Origin: Tubulanus polymorphus
Taxonomy: Eukaryota; Animalia; Nemertea
Direction of reading: 5' to 3'
DNA: 64,000 nucleotides
Assembly: GCF_964204645.1 (NCBI RefSeq)
Contig: NC_134030.1
Span: 16,554,110-16,618,109, forward strand
Shown here: one piece after another, positions 50,305 to 64,000 of the stretch
How positions within the stretch are numbered: position 1 is the stretch's first letter
How the letters are laid out: every line of letters begins with the position of its first letter
Program-made: the position numbers and the translations under genes
The notes under the pieces: model-generated
Database searches by the model: none
What the model was told of the DNA's origin: nothing
The model's input: the letters and a program-made list of their open reading frames with translations, nothing else

Positions 50305-50430
50305 AGTTTGAAACAGATCATCATCGTTGAAATACGGTTTGAACGGACCATCATCGTTGAAATACGGTTTGAACGGACCATCATTGTTGAAATACGGTTT
50401 GAACGGACCATCATTGTTGAAATACGGTAG
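50305..50430. repeat. 30-bp tandem repeat, about 4 copies
   Basis: atcatcgttgaaatacggtttgaacggacc units. Confidence 0.9.
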
Positions 50431-51226
50431 GACGCCGGCCTCGCACCACCTTCATTGTGAGCATCATCATATTGACGGTTGATGCTTACGAACTTATTGC
50501 GTGTTCGTACAGTGTTGATTAATGGTGAGATTCGCGACATCCGGTCATCTCGATGCAGACCCTGTGTGGTATCGACTGTGGTTGACATCAGTAAGTCTCG
50601 TCGCCTCAGTCCACGTGGTAAATGACATCTTCAACATAAGGCTTACTACGTATCCGAGCCGCAACCAACCCGAAGTATGATGGCCGTCGCCAGGATAATA
50701 TATATGTATATATATATATATATACTGACATCATGGTAGATGCGGGCAGTCTATTTCAGACCGTCTAACGTGGTTTCATTTTAAGATGCCATTGTGCACT
50801 TTCTATATATGATCTACATATATGTCCCGTTTTGATATATGCCCCGTTCTGACGTACGTCCCAATAATAAACTGTTTCTTTTCTATTCTAGACTTCACTC
50901 GCACTAATAAAAAGCTTATTTTCCAATCTGAAGATCCTCATCCTGACTACCCATCATCATGATTTTTTTGCAATCAACAAACAACAACAACAACAAATTA
51001 TGATTTCTATTTCGATTTCATCTTTATTTTCGAGAAATGTTAACCTGGTTCGTCTAGACAATGTCTAATTAACAGCTCTTTTAATAACAAAGCTACTGAA
51101 ATATTACTACAAAAATATTTACTAGGCGACGATCATTCCGACAACTTGTACGATCATTTTACAAAAAAGAAAAATTAACATCTTTAAGCAGTTACCTTTC
51201 TACAAAATTATTTTATCGAATACTGA

Positions 51227-54200
51227 TTAGCAGTGCAATTTAGGAATTTTCTGTTTACCAGATTTCAAGTTATGCGCACGCGTTCGTACTTGTTGAACAG
51301 GTCTATTCAATAACCTGCTGACTTCCTTAATCATATTTGAAGACGGCATCTTCTTTTCATTTATTTCGGCTCCAAGTTTGCTGAAAAATACATCATCTTC
51401 TTTGGAACTCCATGGACGCTTACGTTGTTTAGCTGAAAGATATTAATATTTATTTAACAATCGATATGTATCATTCATATTTTTTAATCTGTAAGATTTT
51501 ATAATAAAAAAGTTTATATGATTTTAATTTTACGCGATTCTTATCATCAAGTTTTGTTTTATCCAGATGAGGATTAAGGGAGCAACGGCTTGAACAATCA
51601 AAAATGAACGAGGAACACCAAAAATAAATTACCTATAATGGTTCCCCAAAGAACCCTTTGTATGAAATGGTTCTTTAAAGAACCCTACAAAAAAGATTCT
51701 TTGAAGAACCTTTAGGGGTTCTCCCTGGGAGACAAGCCCAATGACCACTAAGGTTCTACGGTAGAACCCTTTGTTCTAAGAGTGCAGGATCGAGAGATTC
51801 GAACAATCACGAATTGAATGGTAGATTCACCTGTACCTGAGACACGGGTCTCATTGTTCATTGGCAGTTGACTGGTACTAGGAGACGGTTCTGCGTTGAC
51901 GTTTTCTAAATTACGAGAAATAAGTGTAGTACGTGTAGAGTCAATTGTAGACACGTTATCATTTTCGTCCGTTACTGGCACCTCATCCGAACCGCTTTTC
52001 CATACATCATCATAATCATAGGGCTCCGGAATATCTTGGGAATAAAAAGTTACACAAATGAGATGGGATGCAAAAATGGAAGCCAAGCCTAGAATAAAAC
52101 AGAAAAATGTAGATTGGAAGATAAATAATGGACGAAGGGGACTCACCATCAGCAGATATACCATCTAATTTCTTCCCTTTGAATTTGTTCACTGACCCAT
52201 TATCAATTGCTACCAATAGTTTAGCAACTTTCGACTTCTCTAGAATCGATGTCTGCAGGCGATAATGGTCGGCATGAATTTTCAAGTCATGGCCCATGTG
52301 ATCACACACCATTTTCATTTCATTTTCACTAAGATCAAGAAGCTGAAATTCAACACATAAAGTTATTAACTTAAAAGAAAACTGGATTCTATACTTTTAC
52401 ATTATCATAATGTAAAAGTATAGAAGCTAGTTTTGTTTATACGCGTTAAATCTACAGTGAGCCCCATTACAACGGACTTCAGTGGAACATGGATGTGTTC
52501 GTTAAATTCGATGGTTCGTTAGAACCAGTAATAAACGATTACAACTCATCAATTTGGGTCAAAATTCTTTATTGTTGACCAACCAATCGATACACGTGCA
52601 TCTAATGTCGTTAGTAAGAGATTGCACTGTAGTGCGGTTAACCTGAATCCATTTGATCCTTAGGATTTTTTTTTAAATTGGTCTATATTTGAGTTTAGAG
52701 CTGTGTTATTGAATGAACCATAAGTCTTCTCGAGTTGGCCCATTATTCAAGCTTTTGAGTTAATCCGTGCTTAACAGTACCATAAGAATGTCTAGGAATA
52801 TCCATGACTCGGTATTAATTGCTATCGATACATACGTCACAATAAAAAGTTGATTTTCCCATCAGTTCTACTACTTAAAAAGAATACAGCAAACTATGTT
52901 TCTCTTGAAAGTCATGTGATATATCAAGTTCATATTCAATTTTTTCTACCTGTGAAGTTGTAGCTAGATAACTCCTAACGAATGTACAACGGATGGATTC
53001 AGGTTTCTGTAATCCTGGACATTTTCTAGTCATTGATCTCATTGCCTCACATCCGTCCAGAGGAGTTGGTCCATATTTCCTGTCAATGTAAAATTCATCA
53101 ACATCATAAACATCATATGACTCCAATTAGGGGTTTAGTTAGCCAATGCCTACTTATGAAATTGATGTTATCTGAAATACTTGAAAACCTTGAGAATTTC
53201 AATATTCAACATATACAGATACCAATACCATTAAACTCACAACAACAGACGGGCGGATGAAAAGTGAACAGAACAGCTCGTTGCCTCAAGTGGGCTAAAA
53301 GGAAACCATTAAATTAGTAGAAGGATGACTCGGTTATTACGTACCTAGCAAAAACGTAGATGCTACTTTTGTTCGGTCGATTCGAGACGAGGTAGTTGAC
53401 AGCTGCGACCATTTCGGGTGATAATAAGATAAACACTCTCCTGATTCCCCTAGTGCTTTTTCCTCTGATCTCTAAAACTTTCATTCTAGAAAAAAATATT
53501 GTTCTGGATTATTAACGATAACTGTCTGATTTAAATGTCAATTTCTAATATACCGTACCTTTCTACCATTAACTTCTCGCAAAATGACAATGAATCCACT
53601 ATCTCCGAATCTTCTGAATTGTCAGTTGCTTTTATTCGTTCGTAATCAGAAACTTTCAACTCTTGAACTTCAGCTGGACGACGACGGTTGAAAATTAAGA
53701 TCCTCACCATAGTTACCTGTGCCGTATATTGCCACTGACTGGCATTTGGTTTATGAACTTTCAACAACTCTTTCAATTCACGTTGGAGGAATTCTCTCAA
53801 ACAAACAAGATCCTTCGTAAGAGGCAACGATTTTGGCTTATTGATTTTCCGCAAACGTTGTCTACGTAGAGCCACGCTTGCTACTTTACTGGTCCAGTGG
53901 CAATCGAATAAGTACTTGAAGTCTTTTGCACTTTTCCTCTCTTCCTGCTTACGTTCATCATCCATGTTTTTTGCTTCGATGACCAAGGAAATCTTGACAA
54001 GAATTAGGTGTTTGATGTAATGTCCTAATGTGATTGCAAGTTGCGGAGAATCTACTTGAACACTAAGATCCTTGACACTATCAACAACCATGGTAAAGTT
54101 TTCGCCACGTAAGAACTCATTTAGAGTAAGTTCACGAGGGGCAATCTTTAAATTTAGATGTCGCAGTAGTCTTCCGAGTGATCTAACTTTCGTTCTTGCG

Positions 54201-56073
54201 TTATCGAGATCTTTCATTCGCCTCTCACCTTTTGTACCTAATCTATCAAGCAGGGAAAGCGCAAAAGCTCTTATCAACTCATCGGCTTTACATACTCGTG
54301 GGAGGCCTGGGTTCGCAACTGTATCTTTCATTCCATCGAAAAACTCAGCCAGTCTTATATCAGTAGAATCCTCATCTGTCCTGATGATTGGTAATAGTAG
54401 TGATTGTCCATTCCGAACACAATTAGTACTTTTCGCTTTTTTGGGTTTGTGTCTGCACGTATTTACATGCTGATATAAGCTATCCTTAACATACATCGCA
54501 TAACAAAATTCACAGGGTAGATAATCTGCAGCAACATAATTACGACTAATAGGACGTCGGGCGACCACCAGCTCACCTTCACCAGACTGTATTACCTAAA
54601 ACGCGAAATAACATGTGATTCTGACTTCGATTTTGACATATATATTCAAGCTAGATTTACAGACTATTCCGTTTGGATACAAATTGTAATTCCATTGTGG
54701 TGCTTTCATGAATATTTAGTGTGATAGCAGTTCTATCTAATTCAACATAGAATTTATGAATTCATCGAAGAAATGACGAACCTGCATATTGTGACGGAAA
54801 TTGCCTTCATTTCTGAGAAGTTGTAGACATGTGTTCTTTTCGGTGGAGGGAGGCAACAGTAAGATTAACTGTACTCTAGGATTGTCATAATGGATATTTC
54901 TGTAGTGCTCTGATATTTTGCACTTAAACCTTCCATCACATAAAAGGCAGTAGTCAGCCTTTGAATAATTCCTGCCACCATCTGATCTTGGCTCATAATA
55001 CGGAATTGTCACTAGATAAGAAAATAGTAAATTGAGTTGATAACCTTGATTAGACACAAACTGAAACCAAATCAATTGGACTACTGCCTACCTTTTGATG
55101 TCTGTAGTTTGAGTTTTCTGAAGAAAGTGTTGCTTGCTATTGGTCGCTCATCATCATCATCACTCGATAAATTATTCTGCCCAGTAGATGTATTAACCTC
55201 TTCATAGCTGCCTTCTGTATCATCATTGCCCTCAAAATCAAGATCGGTCTCATCGCTGTCGGAGTTAACTTGACCTCGCTCATCTGGATTATAATCAGAA
55301 TCATTGTCTTGCCACGCAATTATATCGCTCTCTTTATCACTATCGTATATTTCTTCACCGACCTCAAAACAGCTCCCTTCATGATCAGCAACGTCCATTC
55401 CACTCCCTCTATCTTCACCGAATTCGACATAATGCCCTTCATCTATACTGACTTCTACTCTACTCTCTCCGTTTTCACTGACTATGAGACCACTCTCTCC
55501 ATCTTTCCCGACCTCTACTCCACTCTGTTCACCTTCAGCAACCGCTACGCTTTTTTTATCTTCACCGACTTTGTCATAACTCCCTCCACTTGTACTCACT
55601 TCTACACCATAGACTTCTACATTCACTACTACATCACCCCCTCTATCTCCACTAACCTCGAAACCATTTCGTCCCACCTCGGCAATGTCCATTCCACTCC
55701 CTCTATCTCTACTAACCTCGAAACCATTATTTCCCTCTTCAGCAACCTCTGCTTCGACCCCTCTATGTCCACTAACCTCGACACCACTCTGTCTCTCTTC
55801 GGCAACCTCCATTTCACTTCTTCTATCTTCACTTACCTCGAAACCATTCTTTCCCTCTTCAGCAACCTCTGCTTCGACCCCTTTATCTCCACTAACCTCG
55901 ACACCATTCTGTCCCTCTTTGGCAACCTCCATTACACTCCTATCTCCACTAACCACGACACCATTTTGTCCCACTTCGGCAACCTCCATTCCACTCCCTC
56001 TATTTCCACTATCCTCGGCACCACTCTGTCCAACGCCAGCAACCTCCATTCCACTATCTCCAGCTACCATCAC
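51227..56073 (-). CDS. Spliced tyrosine-recombinase-family gene (Crypton-like) with acidic repeat N-terminus, Zn-binding motifs and a C-terminal Myb/SANT-like segment
   Basis: In-phase GT-AG exons: about 56073-55092, 55011-54782, 54595-53559, 53485-53345, 53079-52950, 52342-52147, 52034-51831 and 51432-51227. Catalytic-type motifs FNRRRPAE, RGK, TFVRSYLAT and MGHDLKIHADHY. Confidence 0.8.
51625..51785 (-). mobile_element. Intronic fragment of a CACT-terminated (EnSpm-like) non-autonomous element
   Basis: The minus strand starts CACTCTTAGAACAAAGGGTTCT, with multiple gaaccc/ggttct subterminal repeats. Confidence 0.5.
52453..52631. mobile_element. Tc1/mariner-type MITE in an intron
   Basis: TA-CAGTG ... 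CACTG-TA ends. Confidence 0.55.
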
Positions 56074-56727
56074 ATCCTTCTTTCCAATCTGCGATAAAAT
56101 TTTGAAATTTGGTACTTAATAACCGAGATATGCCAAATCATTCGGATTGACATGATGGATCATAACCTAACGATAAGAAGAAATTTACACACCCAATCAG
56201 AAACGTCTCTTCCTTCAAGATAGACGTCTTCACGCTTGAACCTAAATATCACATTGAACAATAGTCAACTTTTTTATGACATGTCTAAAATTATTAGTTC
56301 AAACTGTTTATTAACAGAAGTAAAGGGGCAATAGATGTGTTGTTAGAGATTTGATAATCATATACACCTCATACCAAATCATTACTCTTAGATGTTTGAT
56401 AAAGCAATCAGTGAAATATATATATACATATATATATATATATATGGCTGTGGAGCAGCTATATTGACATGGTGACGAATCCGAAAACTTGAAGATAAAT
56501 AGTACTTTGAAGGGTACCTTGATTTTATTAAGATACGAGATTTAGTACAGAAATTCTCATGGTTTTCAAGTATTTCAGATTACATTCATTTCATAAGTAT
56601 ACATGGACTGATTTAGTACTTGTGTACAATTTCTTCATGAGCTCACCCTCTGAATGAAATCTAGTCTAACCTCCAAGTACTATCTATCTTTCAAGTTTCG
56701 CCGTATATATTTATAGATAATGTTGGA

Positions 56728-58220
56728 GGTTTGACGAAGCGGGCTGTGACACACACCTATATATATATAGAGTGCAATATGACTGTTTTAAGACAATATA
56801 TATACCAAATCATTACTGTGGGAAGTTTGATAAAGCGGGCTGTGATACATGTGGAGAGAGTGCAATATGACTGGTTAAGACAATATATATACCAAATCAT
56901 TACTGTGGGAAGTTTGATAAAGCGGGCTGTGATACATGTGGAGTGAGTGCAATATGACCGGTTTAAGACAATATATATACCAAATCATTACTGTGGGAAG
57001 TTTGATAAAGCGGGCTGTGATACATGTGGAGTGAGTGCAATATGACCGGTTTAAGACAATATATATACCAAATTATTACTGTGGGAAGTTTGATAAAGCG
57101 GGTTGTAATACATGTGGAGAGAGTGCAATATGACTGTCTTAAGACAATATATATACCAAATCATTACTGTGGGAAGTTTGATAAAGCGGGCTGTGATACA
57201 TGTGGAGTGAGTGCAATATGACTGGTTTAAGACAATATATATATACATACCAAATTATTACTGTGGGAAGTTTGATAAAGCGGGCTGTGATACATGTGGA
57301 GTGAGTGCAATATGACTGGTTAAGACAATATATATACCAAATCATTACTGTGGGAAGTTTGATAAAGCGGGCTGTGATACATGTGGAGTGAGTGCAATAT
57401 GACTGGTTTAAGACAATATATATATACATACCAAATTATTACTGTGGGAAGTTTGATAAAGCGGGTTGTAATACATGTGGAGAGAGTGCAATATGACTGT
57501 CTTAAGACAATATATATACCAAATCATTACTGTGGGAAGTTTGATAAAGCGGGCTGTGATACATGTGGAGTGAGTGCAATATGACTGGTTTAAGACAATA
57601 TATATATACATACCAAATTATTACTGTGGGAAGTTTGATAAAGCGGGCTGTGATACATGTGGAGTGAGTGCAATATGACTGGTTAAGACAATATATATAT
57701 ACATACCAAATTATTACTGTGGGAAGTTTGATAAAGCGGGTTGTAATACATGTGGAGAGAGTGCAATATGACTGTCTTAAGACAATATATATATATACCA
57801 AATTATTACTGTGGGAAGTTTGATAAAGCGGGCTGTGATACATGTGGAGTGAGTGCAATATGACTGGTTTAAGACAATATATATATATACCAAATCATTA
57901 CTGTGGGAAGCCTGATGAAGCGGGCTGTGATACATGTGGAGAGAGTGCAATATGACTGTTTTAAGACAATATATATATATATACCAAATCATTACTGTGG
58001 TAAGCCTGATGAAGCGGGCTGTGATACATGTGGAGAGAGTGCAATATGACTGGTTTAAGACAATATATATATACCAAATTATTACTGTGGGAAGTTTGAT
58101 TAAGCGGGCTGTGATACATGTGGAGTGAGTGCAATATGACTGGTTAAGACAATATATATATATATATATATATATATACCAAATTATTACTGTGGGAAGT
58201 TTGATGAAGTGGGCAGTTAC
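56728..58220. repeat. Minisatellite, about 87-95-bp unit with a variable (TA)n, about 17 copies
   Basis: gtttgataaagcgggctgtgatacatgtggag.. repeated. Confidence 0.97.
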
Positions 58221-59577
58221 ATATATGTATGCATCCAAATATATGGGATCTTTGAAAAAGCAGGCTAAGGTGGGCTTAGGTCAAGATGCAGACTAATTTT
58301 GATTGCCAAGCTATTCAGTAGCAATGCCGGTGAGCTTTCTCACGTAGTAGGATAACCTAATCCCACCTCCAGAGAGTGTGAGTTTATTGTTTTTAGACGA
58401 TACAGCATGCACAAAATTTAAAAATCAACGTTACCCTATTCAGATGCCACAAACAATAACATTTCCAATGGCTGCAGTAATATACGAAACCAGGCTGATG
58501 AAACACGTACAGGTCATGAAAATTGGTAACAAAAACTTGACGTAAATAATCAACTTCAATCTGTCTTACCACTCAACTGTATCATTTTTTGTTAATATTT
58601 CCGCAAACATCTGATCTTCGTTTACACTCAAAATCTTCCCCAATGGATATTCCCCCTTCCATACGTTAATACCAGTTGGCGGCAATATCCATTGGATAAA
58701 GTTACGCTTGGTTCTCTGAAAAATATCAATAGTGTCGAAAACGTACTTCATCTTGTATAAACAATAATTGACACCTGTGATCAACTTACCTTCTTCATAA
58801 TTCCATCATCAAAAAAGATGTGACGGCCTTTTAGGGCACAGGGGTACCAAAATCCCGAATATAGTCCGTATCCATATTCCATTCTAAATAAATATCAAAT
58901 TGGTCAAGTCACGCGCTCATGTACAGTTAAACTGATTCTAAATAAAAATGCTAAAAATCAGAAGTCAATCAACAAGATTTAAGGTTAGGCCTATTCGCTA
59001 AAAGAAATCATTAATATATAATTCATAATTAAAGCAAGGTTGAGAAGCAAACTCCCAATCATAGTAGCAACGAAAATGCTGCTTAAAGAATCAGGGTTCA
59101 CGCTAAACATTTGGAAACAATTTATTTTTATTGATATTTGAATTGATTTATCATCGAGCGATTTGTAGCTTAATCTATGTTAATTTCCTGTTAGATTAGA
59201 CGGTATAAATAACTGCATTCGGCTATTATCAAGCAAGGATGTACAGATAAATACATACTAACCCGTAAATTGGTATATTTAGTACGGCAAAATCAGTAGT
59301 GGAAAAACACGTGTCCCGTTCTCGTTGACGCGCCTGACTACACTCGATGACTGTTACCCACATCGACTACAAGGGCGCGCCACTGTGCAATTCTATATAT
59401 GTAATTTACGTTTCAGACGCGTAAACGCTGTAGAGCCACCAAAGGACACTACATGACTTCAAGAACAAGAATAGCCATTTTATACAAACGGGCTGTTTTA
59501 AACATCCCGTAACCAAATGGCATCCCGCAATATGGGTCTGAAACAGAAATCCGTCCCGCATCTTACCTCGTTTCTTA

Positions 59578-59695
<118 letters not shown>

Positions 59696-59974
59696 GAAAC
59701 TTGCAGCAACTCAACCTCTTAACGTACCCATAAGAATCAATGTTACTATAATTGTGTATGCAAAATTACCAAAATAATTATTAGTGATAATATTATTATC
59801 TATAAGTTATATACTTAGCGTGGAGTATTAAGCACAAACTAAAAAAAACCTAGAGGTAGCATTGTAGACATGGGCCGTCGCTGAAATCATTCGTTCTTTT
59901 ATGAAACGAAAGATATTAAGAGACCCTAAAATATAACATATAAATGCAATTTCTAGTATCACCGATTTTTGTTT

Positions 59975-61415
59975 TCAAACAGCACGTGATATGGGTACTG
60001 GTATCATCCTACCATCTGGGCACGCCAGGTATAGGTAGGTGTCAAAATTCGCGTTGATAATTTTCGAGACTCTAAAATTTTGGATCCACGAAATTCTCGC
60101 GGACCTATTTAGTTTTATCGCACGAAGTGTATTTGATCTGGCGGTCAACAGGTGGTGTTCATGCCATTCGGTAATCAGATAAGGAAACCAATTCGACTTG
60201 ACCATGATTAAAATTCTTTTGGGGACCTCATTGATAAAGTAGGCGTGAGGGCAATCTGGCAACTCACGTATTACTATATTAATGCAGTCGTCCAGTGATG
60301 ATAAATTTAAAACTAATGAACAACCCCTGCGTTGATTCCGTAGCAAGGATCTCATACTACTTAATGTGGATATAGCACATCGGATAAGAATGAACCCAAT
60401 TAAAACCAGGAGGATTAAGTGCGTATTTGATTGTACCTGTTCAGAGAATTCGTTGAAAAATAAAAGTGGATTGACCGGATCGGACGAGTTCACTGACGGA
60501 AGGCCAGCTCGTGATGGCGGTAAGAAATTAAATGATTCGTTTATGCTTATTCGGAAACCATGTGCAGTGGGCAAGGCGCTGGTAGCCACTGGAGTAAAAA
60601 GTGCAGTTCCTGCCCTTCTTGTCCAAAGCAAGTAACCGACACCAATGGTAGAAAGAATACTTAGGGAAAGTGACAGATAGCTAAGAAATTGGGATTGAGA
60701 GACACCAGGGATAAAGAAATCGGAGTTCGAGCTCAGCAGTGGGGCAGCCAGTGCATCCGCCTGGGTGGCGAAGAGTTCCACTTTCTTGTGCCCTCTTTCG
60801 GCAATCTTTTTGAAATCTGTCTGAAAGCCCCGGTCTGCGTGCGCTACGTTCTCCCATTTATCCCTGATGAGTTTGATTTCGGGGAGGACAACCTGGTGAA
60901 TTTTCGAGGAGTGCGTAGCAGGGTCCAAAAGTTTCCTCTTCCAGTCGAGGGTCATATGATTAAAGAACGATAATATTACTGGAAGATTAATTGGGTGCGA
61001 GTATATCGGTGTAGTGGTGGAATTATGGCAACTACTTATTTTGGCGGGAATTTTGAATGTGGCCGATGTGATTCCGCAACCGCACGGTAACCGTATCAGA
61101 CACATAGTGCAAGAAAGGATGGCTTGTGCAGGTTTACCAGGGCAGGCCATTGACCAAGAGGCCCTCTCGTCCACTTACCAAGTATGACCCGGAACCGAGG
61201 TCGAGAGCCCCCTCAAACAAGCCTGACTCCTGGTACCTAATGTCACAAAATTTCATTACGTGTTTATGATTATTAAAGAATAGTCCACTGGCACACGACG
61301 GCACGGCTCGTGAACGCAGTGATTGTGCAGTGGGGCAGACTTTAATTCCCTTTCCTTCACATTGTAAGAATTCTTTGGAATTAAATTCTGTACAAAAATC
61401 ACCGGAATGGGATAC
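59975..61415 (-). pseudogene. env: Env-like glycoprotein of the Gypsy element (5'-deleted, frameshift near 61170)
   Basis: Cys-rich ectodomain (CEGKGIKVC, CASGLF, CTMCLIRLPCGC), TM FLSYLSLSLSILSTIGVGYLLW, second hydrophobic segment. Lies downstream of pol. Confidence 0.65.
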
Positions 61416-63910
61416 ACCGAATCGTCGACCATGCAGGTAGGGCTTAAATTTCTTTATTCCCTCCATAATCGCAGCCATCTCACGCTGTGTCGTATCCCAA
61501 TTTCGCTCTCTAGGGAGGAAGTTGCGACCGCCATACGCTATGACTCGTTCCTCATTGTTGATGCGTTGGCAGAGAACGATGCCGATAGCTGTCGCGCTGG
61601 CGTCAGTGTGAAGTTCGAAGGGTATGCTAAAATTTGGGAATGTCAAAAGCGGAGGGCTAGTAAGTGCAGATTTAAGGGACTCAAAAGCTCGTGAACACTC
61701 GTCTGTCCATTCGAATTTAGCGTTTTTTCTGGTCAAAGCATATAGAGGCGCGCAAATTTCGCTAAATCTTGGGATGAATTTCCTGTAGTATGTAGCCAGG
61801 CCTACAAATGATCTGAGATCTTTTAACGTTCTTGGAGTTGGATATTCCACAATTGCCTTACATTTCCCAGGATCGGGTTCGACTCCCTTGGCACTGAGAA
61901 TATGCCCTAGGTATAGTATACTCTCCATGGCGAATCTGCATTTAGACGGTTTCAAGGTCAGTCCAGCCTCCCTTAGGCGTAGGAAAACTTGCTCCAAATG
62001 ATTCAAATGCTCGTCAAATGAATTGGAAAACACTACGATATCATGGAGGTAAATTAGACATATTTTCCAGCTAAGACCTCGTAGCACGTTTTCCATCAGT
62101 CGTTCAAAAGTGCTAGGCGCATTACATAAGCCGAAAGGTAAACGATTGAATTCAAATAGGCCACGACTACAGGTAAATGCGGTAATTGGTTTCGAATGTT
62201 CATCAACCTCTAATTGCCAATAGCCAGAGCGCAAATCCAATGAAGTAAAATACTTTGGTTGGGCACTGCCTAGACTATCAATTATGTCGTCACAACGAGG
62301 CATCGGGAATGAATCCTTCCGAGTTACCTCGTTACCTTTCGGTAGTCCACGCAGAACCGAGTCTGTCCATTTTTCTTTTTGACTAGCACGACCGGACTAC
62401 TCCATGGTGAGTTCGATTCTCGGATAATGCCGGCACGTGCCATCTTGTCGACCTCTATCTCCTCTACTTGTCTCATCTCTGGGGTCCTCCGATACGCGCT
62501 TTGTCTTATTGGTGGGTGTCCTTGAACATTTATAGTATGTTTAACTAAAGAGGTGTGGCCCAATTCATTATCATTGTTTGCAAAAACATCGCGATACTCC
62601 ATTAGCAAATCTGACAATCTAAGTTTTTCCTGATTACTTAGTTTCGAGCCCGTCAGATCGACATCTGGCGGATCCGCATGAAAATTGGGAGTAGATGTGA
62701 TGATATTGCATACCCCGGATTTGGTTGACCTTTCGGTTTTGACGATATCGTTCGTTACATTGAACGGTACAGTGGATAGATGACCTAGCGTGGTGTTTTT
62801 GTATAACCTAATGGCTTTGACAGTTGGATTGCATATGCGGAAAGGAACTGTCTGATCTTGTACTAAAGCAATTACTTTTGCCCCGACAAGATTCGTTTTA
62901 TGCAGCCTGGTATTTGGCTCTATTAGACATTCGGTGCCGTTTTGTACGTTTTTCATCACTTTAGCTGGTATGATAACTTCGGTAAAAGGGGGAATAATTT
63001 CGCTTTCCTGAACACAGACTCGAGCGTCATGGACTAAATCGAACTGTTTTTGCAATGATACAGGTTCGGTCCCTGGAAATTGCACAGTACCAGTTCCCAG
63101 ATCTAATATTGCACCATGAGGTGTCAGAAAGTCCATACCTAATATAACATCGTAAGCCAAATCGGCTGCGACTTGAGCTTGTATTTCAAATTTTCCTTGA
63201 CCGATCTCAAGTAGAAAGGTTGTGGTTCCTAGCATTCTGATAGGAGAGCCATTGGCCGAATGTACATTAGTACTAAATCCACTACATAACTCCTTATCTT
63301 TGAAATAGACCAAATTTTTAAATATAGAATGACTGATAACCGTAATCTCACTGCCACTATCAACAAGGACCGTGACGGTGTTTCCGCCTATCTTCCCATG
63401 AACGGAATTTGCCACTGAAGCCAGAATAGTTCGGGGAGTATCCCGTCCATTGATGACAGCCGATTCAAGTAAACTCTTCTTGACCCAGTTTACTAAGTTA
63501 TAAAAGAAATCGCGAGAAATGTCCCTAAGGCAGTAAATGTAATGTATGAGGCTCCACATAATTGATAAGCAAATAAAAGGTGTAATATCTATGAAAATAT
63601 TGAACAGTCGTTTTCCCGACAACCAGAAGTGTGCCAAGGTATCAGCACATTTCGATATAATGGAATAAAGTAGGGTAGTGAAAAAGATTATGTATGTTAA
63701 CACTTCTGAGAACACATCATAAGCCGATCGAGACACAGTCCGGGTTACATTTGTGAAATGAGCGTATTGACCAACTCCCCGTGGCTGGATAATAGTTTCA
63801 TCTTGTAACCCAGTTGGTTGGTGAAGTTGATGTGATATTGTAGGTTCTGATATGGTATGTTGTTGTGTAGGATGCGTGGGGTTTGTAATGTTGAGCCCGC
63901 TTATACCCAC
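61416..63910 (-). pseudogene. pol: Ty3/Gypsy pol: aspartic protease, RT, partial RNase H
   Basis: LVDSGS, ILGMDFL, SPWSSPVVLV, RFCVDYR, LDLRSGYWQ, PFGLCNAP, YLHD (degenerate YxDD) and TDAS. Frameshift near 62325. Confidence 0.93.
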
Positions 63911-64000
63911 CGTATGACGGGCTGAATCTAGTTTCCCTGATTCGGAGGCCTCTGGGCGGAAGTACTATGGTTATAGTTTCCGTAATTACGCGGCGATGCA

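Noticed and set aside
55270-56119. Long plus-strand ORFs (275 aa and 144 aa)
   Set aside because: Antisense shadows of the repetitive exon of the recombinase gene.
56728-58220. CRISPR-like array and many short ORFs
   Set aside because: The variable part is only (TA)n length. There are no unique spacers or cas genes, and the context is eukaryotic.
59400-59560. 3' LTR of the env-carrying Gypsy element
   Set aside because: TG..CA ends and a purine-rich tract are suggestive, but no second LTR is in the window to confirm.

Overview
AT-rich eukaryotic DNA, probably from an invertebrate animal (inferred from GT-AG introns and the transposon families present). It is made almost entirely of nested mobile elements. 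The centrepiece is a complete but decayed 16.4-kb Maverick/Polinton (6912-23285) with 85-bp TIRs starting AGT, a GGCGCT target-site duplication, pPolB, major and minor capsids, packaging ATPase and an rve integrase with chromodomain. Two related truncated elements start at 849 and 27640. Unusual features of this Maverick family: (i) a full-length LAGLIDADG intein in pPolB motif C (YFD/TDS), resembling giant-virus and archaeal PolB inteins; (ii) a T-tract plus TAAATG motif before nearly every gene, like poxvirus-type cytoplasmic transcription signals; (iii) a variable cargo slot with nuclear Pol II-style signals, carrying twin hairpins with a shared GGCGCC loop in one copy and a small protein in the other; (iv) 340-400-bp terminal fold-backs. 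The remainder holds a LINE fragment, a transposon-like remnant with USP and Ulp1 protease domains, a Helentron-like element with 146-bp repeats, Gypsy fragments, a Harbinger transposase hit by a solo LTR, an apparently intact spliced tyrosine-recombinase gene, a minisatellite and an env-carrying Gypsy element. All family calls come from motif recognition only; no database searches were run.
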